The notes under the pieces are model-generated. The model did not search any database, had not been told where the DNA came from, and was given only the letters and a program-made list of their open reading frames with translations. Positions 25,192-37,000 of a stretch of DNA of 64,000 nucleotides are shown one piece after another. The stretch is from assembly GCF_033153115.1 (NCBI RefSeq), contig NW_026889754.1, positions 14,632,001 through 14,696,000 of the forward strand, given 5' to 3'. Made by a program: the position numbers and the translations under genes. The stretch is from Saccostrea echinata (lineage: Eukaryota). Numbering within the stretch: position 1 is the stretch's first letter; each line of letters opens with the position of its first letter.

Positions 25192-27772
25192 TAAAAGTGT
25201 ACGCATATGTGGTGATTTCAAGGTGACACTGAATCCTGTTCTTGAAATCGATCAGTATCCTCTGCCCCGCATTGAAGACATTTTTGCAGCACTTGCAGGC
25301 GGTAACCGGTTCGCCAAGTTAGATTTACGACATGCATATCTGCAAATGAGAGTTAATGAGGAATCGTGCAACTTCTTGACAATAAATAAAGATAAAGGAC
25401 TGTACCGCTACAACCGTTTAGTTAATGGTGTGGCCTCAGCTCCTGCTATCTGGCAGAGGACAATCGACACTGTCTTACGGGGTCTTGCAGGCGTCAAATG
25501 TATCATTGATGATAAGATAATAACGGGCTCTTCTGAGGAAGAACACCTGAAGAATTTGGAAGCTGTATTAACACGACTGGATGAATACAACCTGCGTGTG
25601 AACTTGAAAAGGTATGAATTCTTTAGGGAACGTGTTTTTATTATTGTGGACATGAAATAGACAGTGAAGGTCTGCACAAAACACAATCAAAGATTGAAGC
25701 AGTTGTCGGTGCCCCGAAGCCCAAGAATGTTTCTGAGCTGCGATCATTTTTTGGGCATTGTTAACTATTATGCCAGATTTTTGCCTAACCTTTCAAGTCT
25801 TTTGTACCCATTACACCAGTTATTGTCCAAGAACTGGAAGTGGTCCTGGTCTAGCGAATGTGACAAGGCGTTTTCTGAAGTCAAACAGCTTATTACCTCT
25901 GATGAGATTTTGACTCATTACGACCCACAGCGAGAGGTGCGATTAGCATGTGATGCTTCACCTTATGGTTTAGGGTGTGTCTTATCCCAAGTCATGGTTG
26001 ACGGATCAGAGAGACCAATAGCATATGCATCTCGCTCATTGTCGTCAGCAGAGCGGAACTATTCACAGATAGATCGTGAGGCTCTGGGGATAGTATGGGG
26101 TGTGAAACGTTTTCATACATATCTATATGGAAGACACTTCACTTTATTGACGGATCATCGCCTTTTTGTGTCCATCTTCAATCCCAGCAAAGGTGTATCA
26201 GTCACCACAGCAGCACGCATGCAGAGATATGCTCTGTTCTTATCAGGGTATGATTATGACGTGTACAAAAACACCAAAGCGCATGGAAATGCGGATAGCT
26301 TATCTAGGTTACCACTGTCTGACTGTGAACCTGATGATGATTATCGAGATATTGACTTGATGTACCTTCCACAATTTGAAACATTACCAATCACTAGTGA
26401 CCGTATTAGACAGGAAATCGGACGTGATCATCTCACTGTGAAAGTATATGATTATACCATGAATGGATGGAACTTTTCAGTCAAAGCAGATGACAAGGAG
26501 TTGTATCCCTACTTTACGCGCAAGGACGAGCTAACTATTCACAATGGATGTTTGTTATGGGGAATGAGAGTTGTCGTTCCAACTAAGCTTAGGGGTCACA
26601 TACTGAAGGAGCTTCTTTTAGGTCATATTGGAGTAGTGAAGATGAAGGCATTAGCTCGAAGTGTGGTATGGTGGCCTGGGATCGATCTTGATATAGAGAA
26701 GATCACGAAAGCATGCTCAGGATGTCAGGAATTCAAGCGTGCATCTCCAGCAGCTCCGGTTCATCTGTGGGAGTGGCCCACTAAACCTTGGGAACGTATC
26801 CATATAGACTTTGCGGGGCCTTTTATGAACTCGATGTTCCTGGTAGCAGTAGATGCACACTCTAAATGGCCCGAGGTCATAATGATGCGCGAGACAACAT
26901 CCCACAAGACTATTGAGGTCTTGAGAAGTATCTTTGCTAGGAATGGTGTTCCTACGCTGTTGGTCAGTGATAATGGACCTCAGTTTACGTCAGACGAGTT
27001 TGGAATCTTTGTTCGTACCAATGGAATAAAGCATGTGACATCCGCTCCATATCATCCTAGTTCAAATGGATTAGCGGAACGTTTTGTACAATCTTTCAAG
27101 TCTGCAATGAAGTCAAGCAAGAAGGATGGAGGTTCTGTGGAAACTAAGTTATCTAACTTTTTACTAGCCTACCGCAACGCAGCACATTCAACTACTGGAG
27201 AGTCACCCGCAAAGCTATTAATTGGTCGTTCATTGCAGTCACGACTAGATTTGATAAAACCAGACATTGAACAATAAGTTAAAAACAAACAGTTTCACAT
27301 AGCATCTAAGAGGTCAAGTTCGTTGCGTGTGTTTGAACCTGGACAAAGAGTGATTGTTAGGGACTATCGTCACAGTTCGAAGTCGGACTGGGTACCAGGA
27401 ACCGTTCAAGAGCAGACGGGACCAGTTTCTTATAGAGTACAAGTTGGGGACAACACATGGAGAAGACATGTGGATCAGGATTCTTCACTAAAGAATCAGG
27501 GAGTTGTACCCAGTGATTTTGGGTAGTTTGTGTCACAGGTACCAACTCCTACTGCTGGTGCTAAGCTGTCTAGTCAGGAAGTCCTTCCGCAAAGTCCGAA
27601 TGTCAGTCAATCTAGTCCAGAGGTCTCCAACAGGAAGATAACTAATAGTCCTTTTCAGGAACAGAAATTTCCGCCAGAAGTTAGGACCGAGCCTACAACA
27701 CCGGCCCGACAAAACCCAAGACGAAATGTTGGACCGCCCAAACGTTTCAGTGATTATGTTACTTTCAAATGA
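25192..27772 (+). pseudogene. Gypsy RT, RNase H and integrase
   Basis: RICGDFK, YPLPRIED, KLDLRHAY, IIDD (degenerate YxDD), CDASPYG, TDH, HIG..C..C, HIDFAGP, SDNGPQF, NGLAER, GPVSY. Confidence 0.93.
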
Positions 27773-28119
27773 AATGTGCATTTTGTTTTGTATGATGGCA
27801 CAGTTATGGGGCACAATAATCCCCATGCCTTTGTGTTGACCAAGATGTCATTTTCACTTTGTATTACTGTATTGTGTTGCATGTATTGACCTGGTAAAAC
27901 ATGTCTATGAAGTTTAAAATTTGAGATGTGTGTATTGGCCAATTTTCATTCAGGTTCAGTTCTGATGTTCATTCTTATAGAAGTCAAAATTTAGGGGGGG
28001 GGGGGGGGGAGGTATGTTATGATTTGGTTAATCTGATATTGTTATCCGGAATTATGTGATCTTGTATTGTTGGTTCTGTGTTATATAATACAATTGTGAT
28101 GGTTTGGGCCGTGGATATC

Positions 28120-28193
28120 GGCCTGGGTAGCTCAGTAGGTAGAGCACCTGACTAGTGATGCAGGGGTCCCGGGTTCGATTCCCGGTCCAGCCA
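28120..28193 (+). ncRNA. tRNA-Thr(AGT)-like Pol III promoter module in the TRIM 5' LTR
   Basis: A box TAGCTCAGTAGG, D stem gctc/gagc, cctg/cagg anticodon stem with ctAGTga loop, T arm ccggg-TTCGATT-cccgg (B box); acceptor stem bulged; TTTT at 28198-28201. Confidence 0.75.
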
Positions 28194-28351
28194 TACATTT
28201 TCTCCTTTCCTGTTACAGATTTGGTGCCGTTGACCACCCCTGGACTTGCAGGTGAAAGTCCTGCCAGGGGCAAATAAGAACTTGGGTTGTGTCTTCGAGG
28301 GCGAAGACAAATTAAGGAGGGAGGAATGTGATGGTTTGGGCCGTGGATATC

Positions 28352-28425
28352 GGCCTGGGTAGCTCAGTAGGTAGAGCACCTGACTAGTGATGCAGGGGTC
28401 CCGGGTTCGATTCCCGGTCCAGCCA
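28352..28425 (+). ncRNA. Second identical tRNA-Thr-like module in the TRIM 3' LTR
   Basis: Identical to 28120-28193 (offset 232). Confidence 0.75.
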
Positions 28426-28959
28426 TACATTTTCTCCTTTCCTGTTACACAATAAAGTAGTTCTAAAAATGGCAGCCTTTTATTAAGCACGTGTTGTGGT
28501 CACTATCGTCTAGAAGGACATAACAAAAAGTACCATATTTGTTCTGGTTTGTAAAATGTATATTTTAATATTATCTGCAATATTTTTATGTGCTCTTCAA
28601 GAAATATTATATTTTCTCTAGTCAACATGTTTTTCTAATGATGCCATAATTATTTCATCTAGTCAAGAAATTTTTCACTTCAACCTGCAGTATTTTAACT
28701 CAACATTTTTTAAATTGTTTTATTTTTTTCTCATATGCAATTGATTTATAAAAATTTTTATGTCAGTTTTTATTTGTAATGTTTTTATTTTGAAAAATAT
28801 TCAGGTAAATTTTTGTTACTGTTTAATAATAAACTTTTGCATTCTCTGAAGTATTTGTTGTGTTAAACTTATTTACTACCATCATATACCACCATCATAA
28901 TTATACCTTACATTAAAGTATAATCAGAAGATTTAAATTTCATGGAAGTGCATATCAGA

Positions 28960-28960
<1 letters not shown>

Positions 28961-29011
<51 letters not shown>
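28961..29011. repeat. (TA)n microsatellite
   Basis: About 25 perfect TA units. Confidence 0.95.
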
Positions 29012-29013
<2 letters not shown>

Positions 29014-30249
29014 CTTAATCTCATAGTTAGCTTGAATATTTGTTTTGCGGCCGAATCTTGACGCTTGCGTCAAAGTTTTCTTGTTACACGTTAATAATGT
29101 AAAATTTCCGAATTGTTGAAGTACGTACTGATAATCTATCTCTCTTCTCATACTAGATAAGTCGTTCTCTAACTCGCTCGAGAAATTTCACTTCTGTAGC
29201 ACCTGGTGTATTTACATTCAAAGTCTATATATTGAAACAAGTATTAGCTTTCCTAAAAAGCTTGTCTGACTTGAGCAAATTTATTTTTACGCGAAAAATC
29301 AAGAAAAGTTAAATCCAGTTTAATCAACATGACTGTGAGTCATGAAATGAATTATGTTGTTAAGATACAACAAAAGTTCAATTCAGTGGCATCAACATAA
29401 AATAAAATTTGGACATGAATTTTATTCTTTATACATGCACTATATTAGGTGTAATTTCTTTTTTTCATGGACGTAGGAACCGGGGGGGGGGGGCGTGTCC
29501 CCCAATAATTTTGCCGATTTATACATTATAGGTATTTCATGCTTGAGTCCCCTAAATCATGTAAATATTAACTTCTGATAACTTTTTTATGCTCTATAAG
29601 GAATTTTACTTGATATTGCCCTCCCTAAACTGAAAATTTCTGAAATTTCTTCCAACGAGCCTGTTCATGTATATAAAGATATGACTAGTGCTTCAGAAAT
29701 AAAAAGTTACAACGCATAAAAATCTACACAATCTGAACAATTTTGATAATTAAGAAATATTTTATTATAAAAAGAAAAATAAACGTGTTACAAATGAGCT
29801 AACATCTTTGCATTTAGCAAAAGAATATTCAACATCTATCCTTCACTTTGATATGTTTTAACTATGAATAAATCAAACGTCTGCAAGTTATGAATATGTG
29901 TAGATTTATAAAAATACTAAAAGGTGGAGAGACTTAGTATGCAATCAAAATAAACATCCATTAGTTAATATGATAAAGATAATCGACAAGTGTTGACCAG
30001 CTTCATCCCTTCTGTTTTGCTGGACATGAATGATGCATTCGAGAAAGGCCAAATATTATGTAACCTGTAATGTAATGCCATCAGCTCCATTGCTCTGGCT
30101 GGTTGTTTCCTTTACTCCTCATGCTCACCAATTGATGGTTAAGATAGTATGAAGTTTCCAAGATCAAGTTATCACAAGAATTCTATTGAACGACTTGACC
30201 AACAAGCCTTGGCTAAATCTAGTATTGTCTGACGCCATGACGTCAGACA

Positions 30250-30313
30250 TCGCCGGTATATGGCTGAAATAGTGCCGATTCGGCGTAAAACATTAATCAA
30301 TCAATCAATCAAT
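30250..30313 (+). mobile_element. 5'-truncated SINE/LINE 3' tail with (AATC)n end
   Basis: 14-bp TSD catgacgtcagaca (30236-30249, 30314-30327); hairpin gccgattcggc followed by (caat)n. Confidence 0.8.
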
Positions 30314-30947
30314 CATGACGTCAGACAATCAAAACCGAGGTGGATATGTAATGATGTGTAATGTTTAGGCAGCCTCAACATAGCTGCGTAACATTAAATT
30401 TCAAGGTGAAGATATCCGACAGTCATCGATCTCATAAAAATCTAAAACCAACACAAAGTGGTGAAAAAGGCATTTAGCATGGAAACGGAAAATTCCAGAG
30501 ATGGTAGACAATTTGTTCAAGGGGAGCTCTCAGCTAAACGGTAATACGCTTGTGGTATTAAATAAACCGGTTGATCACGTGACTGGCACTTACAAATTTT
30601 TCAGAAGTTGCACGTAAATCGCCACTACCATCGGTTCATACATTCACGGTGAAAAGAACGCAAGGGAGATTGATAAATCGCTTCGGCGCAAGTGCATAAT
30701 ATAGCAGAGCAGCAATTTAAAACAAGATTGTTTGCAGTATGATATGTTGTTTATTACAATGAAAGATTATACAAGTACAAGATTATGTAAAACAGTATGA
30801 AATACATTACCTAAATTTAACATCACATGTAACAGCAGAATCTATCGTCATCATAAAATCAGATGATTACTGTATATATTAAATAATAAAATATTGTCAC
30901 AGGTCAATGATTTATGTCTCTTGACTTTAATTACAAATAACATCTCA

Positions 30948-31135
30948 CTCGCCTGCGTGGCGCAGTGGTTAGAGAGTCCGCTCTGGACTATAAGAGTCGC
31001 GGATGAAGGTGTTGATCCTTACGTCGCGGGTTCGAATACATTTGAATTTGAAGCCCTTCACCGGTATATGGTGACGTCTCTATATGAGTGAAAAATTCTA
31101 GAACGGGACGTAAAACAACATACAATCAGTCAATC
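30948..31135 (+). mobile_element. Internally deleted tRNA-SINE (long-variable-arm head joined to the common tail)
   Basis: tggcgcagtgg A box, gggttcgaat B box, tail gcccttcaccggtatatggtgacgtctc..caatc shared with other SINE copies. Confidence 0.75.
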
Positions 31136-32071
31136 CTTTTTTTAGTATTATTTATCATTAATCGCATATATGATTTTTTAATAAAACATAATTTGTATTT
31201 AATTTATTGATCAAATGGCATATGTCACTTATTCATATGAAAAAAATATCACTTGTGGAATTGCAAAGCATATCAAAGAATTTTCGTATTTGAAATTAAT
31301 AATTTTTTCTGCATGACAAAGTATAATTCAGAATATATCGGTAGTAGTTTCAGATTGAGATGGAATTATCTGTAGAAAAAAATTACATTCAGCTGCAGAG
31401 CAAATAATTAGCCACACGCACATGAACACCATTAGGGTCTTGGCTTATCTGCGGAAAAAGTTGATACATGTATTCTGCAAAATGGTTTACACTGTTTTGT
31501 GGAACATGTGCAAGTCCTCCAACTGGGTCTGCCTCAATAATCCTCTCTAAGGAACATGCGAAGAACACAATGTAATATAAGTTACACTACAAGTCTTGTA
31601 TTGAAATTTCCTCCAATTTATTTACACATACCTGTACTAAAATGCCTAAGCTGTTGAACATGTGAAGTTACAAGGACCTGACTAGTCTGTACAACTTGTG
31701 GAACATGTAGGCATGCTGCAACAGGGTTTACCTCCAAAATGCTTCCTTTGATATATGTGCAAAACAAAATTAATTGGGATTATGTTTATGCCTGCAACTA
31801 CTTCAGATACATATAATGCAAGTTATTTCGATGCATGTTAAATACGAATTAAACATGCCATTAAATGTTTTTAAAATAAAATAAATTAATAAATAGTATT
31901 AAATAAACTAATTGATTTCTATTGAACAGCAAGGGCAAGGGTCACCCAGGTGTAAATTTTACAATTAACTGTAATGTGATGTTACTGTGACGGTAGACCT
32001 AAGGACCATTATGACAATTTATTAAACAAAGGATCTTGGATCAGGCTAAACAAGAAATATTTGCTAAACGA

Positions 32072-32417
32072 TTGATTGATTGTTGTTCTACGTCCCATTC
32101 GAGAATTTTTCAGTCATATAGAGACGTCACCATATACCGATGAAGGGCTTCAAATTTTGACCTTTACTCGGCACTCAGGGCCATTGAGCAGTGAGGGATC
32201 TGTACCGTGCCAACGTCTGCCGTGATACGGGGCCTCGGTATTTAATATAAGGTCTCATCCGAAGGACCCGCAACTTTCACTTCAAGTGCCGAGCGCATGG
32301 CGAAGGAATAGTTGCTACCCATTTTTTAACGACTTAGCTCAGTCGCGGCCGAGATTCGAACTCGCGACCTCCCGATCACGAAGCGAGCGCTCTACCGACT
32401 GAGCTACCGTGAACGGT
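32072..32417 (-). mobile_element. tRNA-derived SINE (Meta/RUDI-like core), full length
   Basis: 12-bp TSD tttgctaaacga (32060-32071, 32418-32429); A/B boxes; (CAAT)n tail; similar to copies at 42530 and 62583. Confidence 0.92.
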
Positions 32418-34018
32418 TTTGCTAAACGAATATTCGAATATATTAAGACTGCTTTTTAAATAATACCTAGAATAAGTATTAGTAGACATTAGAAATTTAC
32501 TTACGATTTCTTTTTAAAATAAAAAGCAAAATTGTGAAAAATTGCCTTGAAATAGGTAAATAAAGCTTCCTGAGGTAGATTAATAAAGGTACGGTTGGTA
32601 ATTTTAGCAACGTAGCTAAATGTACCGATTGTACTGGACACAAGTGTAAACACAAGTGTAAAGATGAACTTCTACAATGCCCAAATTACAAATGTTACCC
32701 TGGCCTGGCAGAATCTAAAAAGAACAGGAGAGGTGAAGTACGTTACGTTTATTTGGCGGGTTTCAGCAACAATAAAAGTCTAACACAAGATATGCATTAT
32801 TATACATACATATACTCATTTAGTCTAGGGGATTTACAACTACTAATTTACTATGACATCAAAATATCACTGACTAGAATAAAACATGTGGCTAGTAGAT
32901 TCCGTTTGATAAGTTATCAATAAAATATTTTATAATACCATATCTTTATGTCCGAAACAGCCAAAACACATTTACATCTGTATTTGTTGACGTTTTGTCT
33001 CAAACCGGAAACAGATTACACTACTCTAAAACATGACTCTAATCCGTGCAACTCAACTAATTCCGGAAACAAATGAAATTGTATATATTCTTTAGAAAAT
33101 CAAATCTATATGTTTAGCAAATACTTTCTGTGATTATAACATAACAATTCTGTACATATAACCTGTTCACTATTGTTTAAACTCAAAATAAAGACTTTTC
33201 ACTGAACTCTACCCACGTGACTAGACCATGCTGCATCAAAATACTAACGAATACATTGAAATTCACCTAATCGCAATATTTTGAGAAACAAAATGTCTTA
33301 TATCAAACATATTATGTATCAAGAAAACAGTTACAAACATGTTAACATGTACAAATTTATGTTCTTACCTAAAAAGAACAGGAGAGGTGAAGTACGTTAC
33401 GTTTATTTGGCGGGTTTCAGCAACAATAAAAGTTTAACCCAAGATACCCCACATTCCGGATTTACACACATCCAAGAGTTATCTCTCTTTGATCATAAAT
33501 TCTATAACAGACTAATAGATTATACAAAAAAATGGGGGTGGCTGAAACCCAATATAAACTACGTCACACACTCCCCTACAAAATTGAATGTCGTCCCGAC
33601 ATTAACAATTACAATGAAACACTCTTTGTAATTAAAATAAAGCAACATTATCAGGCTTCTGTTTTCCACAGAACAGTATACTGTATTATCATTACATAGA
33701 CCCTTTAACAACATACATATGCAACTTGCTCTATTATACCCAAATGTCCACAACTGGCCAAATTGCAGACAACACTCTAAAATGTCTTAAGTATACATAA
33801 AGCTAGACACTAAGGTTACATTTACTCTGTCGCATACATGTACATGGCCCATATAACAACCATTAACTAATGAAATTTGACAATACTTGATAAATGCTAT
33901 AATTAGCATGTGATTCATATCACTCATGATATTATTAGATAAACATACATGTATTGATTTCACGAGGGCATTTGCCCTTAAAGCTGTAAAACATGACAGT
34001 CTACTAATATGTGAAAAT

Positions 34019-37000
34019 CTACACAAAAATTTCAAAATCTGGTTTAATGGTCTGCACATATGATGGTTTCCCTAACTGATCATATGTAAACTTCCTGGGA
34101 GGTTTGGTTGCTCTCCTAGGTCTTTCTGAATGATAGTCTTCAGTCTCGCTTGTTTGTTCAACATCTGGCTCCGCACATCTATCCTCAGAATTTGGGTCCT
34201 CCTGATCATCAGATTGTCTATCTGAGCTATGGGCTGACTTGAAACTATCACCAGAACTGTCAGAAATCACAACCCGTTCCTCAGAATGAGAGTCCCAAGG
34301 ATTCTCTACTTCAATTACCGAGTCCGAGCTATCATTTTCTGTAATATGCTGCTGAGGCACAAACGGTTCTGCATGTGGATTTAAAGAGACCCCTCCAAAA
34401 TCAATTGATCCATCAGAATCAGAGGAGCTGCCGTCAGCATCATAAACTGTCACTGGGACTGCAGGTTTAAAGGGTTGTTTAATCCGGCAGGTTTTTTTCT
34501 TCTCCTTATGTCCAGACTCTACGGGTAGAGAATTGCACTGCCTCAACAGGTTCCTGTGAAGTCTCCTGATACCACCCTGTCCTGACTTCTTCCTCACCTC
34601 GTACACTGGTGTATCCTCATTTACTTGCTTTAGTACCACATACACATCCTGCTCCCAGTATGACCTTAATTTCCCTGGCCCTCCTTTTTCCAACAGGTTC
34701 TTCACCAATACATGGTCTCCAGGATACAATCGTGCGCCCAATAGTGCCTTGTCATACTGACGCTTTCCCTTATCAGACATCTTCATTGCTTGCTGTGATG
34801 CAACTTTGTAAACCTCTTCCATGCGAGCTTTCCACTGAGTGACATACTGTGAGTAAGTCCGCTTTGATTCTGAATGCTGTAGCTCAGGAAAAACTAGGTC
34901 AATGGGCAGTGTTGAATGACGTCCGAATAACAAGAAGAATGGTGCATATCCAGTTGATTCATTCTTCGTACAATTGTATGCATGAACGACTTTGTTTAAA
35001 TGAGATTTCCAGTCAGATTTGAAAGATGGTTCTAGAGTTCTTAACATTTGTAACAAAGTTCTATTGAAACGCTCCACCTGGCCATTTCCTTGTGGGTGGT
35101 AGGGTGTTGTACGAGAGTGATGAATTCCACACAACTTCTGTAACTCAAAGAAAAATCTGTTCTCAAATTCACGTCCCTGATCATGGTGAAGTCTGCTAGG
35201 CATTCCAAACCTTAGTACAAACTCATTGAACACTTTTTCTGCTGCGGTCTTAGCCGATTTGTTCCTGGTGGCATACACCTGGGCGAATCGAGTATAGTGG
35301 TCCATCACCACAAGAATATATTCATATCCCCCTTTGCAGCGCTCCAAATGGAGGAAATCAATTGAGACCAGTTCCAATGGACAAGTCGTAGTTATCGGTT
35401 GTAGTGCTGCTTTGCGCGGAAGATGTGGTCTTTTGTCCTTGATACAACACCACTCCTGAGTGACACATCGCTCAATCTCTGAACCCATGTGCGGCCAGTA
35501 GAATCGATCCCTTGCGCTACTCAATACTCTCTCCGTCCCTAAGTGTCCTAAATCCTCATGTAAGGGCTAATTTCCTATAACATTTTGGAAGTACCAGCTG
35601 TTGTATTTGTCCTTCTCGAGGTAGTGAAATCTCCCTCCTAAGTAATCCATTGACCATCTTCAACTTTGGCCATTCTCGTAGTAAACACTTGGAAGTAGAG
35701 CTCCATCCTTTGGTTACTTCCTTTGACGGTCTTGTCCCCTTTTGTACAAAAGGAATTATAAGCCCAATATCTGGGTCCTTACTCTGTTCCTTTGTTAAGG
35801 TAGCACTGCTAATAGAAGTAAAGGTTCCACCCTGAAATTTCTCTTCCTCAGCTTCAGCCTCTTTAACTGGTGCACAAATACTGCTACAAACAGTGTCGTC
35901 TAATCTTACTGCTGTCACAATGGCATCAATGGTGTCAGGGGAACAACTTTCTGTAAACTTGGACACCTCAAGGGGCATGCGACTGCGTCACTGTTTTTCA
36001 CACCGGGCTTGTAGTGGATATGGAATCGGAAATCTGCCAACATGGAAACCCACCTTAATCTCGTAGTATCTAGTTTTGGGGCGGTGAATATATATCGCAA
36101 TGGGTTACAGTCACTGTACACTTCAAAATGAGTGGCACAGTAAAGGTAATCTCTAAATCGCTCTGTCACTGCCTATTTGAGTGCTAGGAATTCTAATTTT
36201 CCGGAGTGAAGGTGGTAGTTTTGTTCAGCTGGTGTCAGTGTCCTAGACGCATAAGCAACTACAGCCAGCTTGTCATTATCCTGTTTCTGATAAAGGATAG
36301 CTCCCAAGCCCATTTGTGATGCATCAATGTGGAGAGTATAAGGTTTGTTGAAATCAGGATAAGCCATCACTGGTGGGTGGAGTAGGACATCAATGAGATC
36401 CTCCAAGATACTCCGGTGTTCAGCTGTCCATGTAATCCGCACTGATGAACTCTTCTGTCCTGATTTCTGAGACTTGGTTTTCTTCTGCTTCTTCCCCAAT
36501 AAGGGTGCGTCATTGTCATCTTTCAGTAAATCGTAGATGGGTTTTGCTCTACGGGAGAAATTTGGGATATAACTCCTGTAATATCCGATAAAGCCCATCA
36601 CTTTCCGTACATCTCCAACTGTTTGAAACCTCTGATCCTTTAATTTCAACACTGCCTCCTGGTCATTTGGGTCTACAGTATGACCCTGTGTAGTGACTAG
36701 GTGACCCAAGTAACGGATCTGTTTCTGAAAGATATGGCATTTACTAGGTTTCAATTTCAGTCCCTTCTCCTTCATACGACGCAACACACACTGAAGGTCA
36801 TTCAAATGAGCCTCAAAAGAATTACTGTACACCAAAATGTCATCTAAGTATGGGAGGCAACACTTATCTCTGAGTCCTTCTAGAGCTTCATTCATGTATG
36901 CTTGGAATATTCCAGGAGCACCTGTGAGTCCAAATGGAATACGATTCTACTCGTACTGTCCCCATGGTGTCACAAATGAAGTGTACTTTCTGCATTCCTC

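Larger units (their letters stand above)
28095..28449 (+). mobile_element. TRIM (miniature non-autonomous LTR retrotransposon) with tRNA-derived LTRs
   Basis: Two identical 123-bp TG..CA repeats (28095-28217, 28327-28449), 4-bp TSD CAAT (28091-28094, 28450-28453), PBS tggtgccgt (tRNA-His) 28222-28230, PPT aaggagggaggaa 28314-28326, 109-bp non-coding interior. Confidence 0.95.
20645..28525 (+). mobile_element. Gypsy LTR retrotransposon (Mag-like), complete, with nested insertions
   Basis: 152-bp TG..CA LTRs (20645-20796; 28015-28525 minus the TRIM), 5-bp TSD AAAAG (20640-20644, 28526-28530), PBS tggcgacgaggat (tRNA-Ser) 20798-20810, G-rich PPT ~27993-28012. Confidence 0.95.

Noticed and set aside
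28120-28425. Two genuine tRNA-Thr genes in tandem
   Set aside because: They lie inside TG..CA repeats with PBS, PPT and TSD, and the acceptor and anticodon stems are bulged; better explained as TRIM LTRs
28095-28449. Retrozyme (hammerhead ribozyme in the LTR)
   Set aside because: No CUGANGA..GAAA hammerhead core found
29466-29663. Small MITE with a G-run end
   Set aside because: Terminal inverted match too degenerate and no convincing TSD
31440-31800. Cys-rich EGF/MEGF-like exon remnants on the minus strand
   Set aside because: Only scattered Cys patterns with stops; no consistent frame or splice structure
33281-33631. 116-aa ORF duplicated at 40411-40761
   Set aside because: Antisense ORF inside the LTRs; the duplication is just the LTR pair and no domain is recognisable
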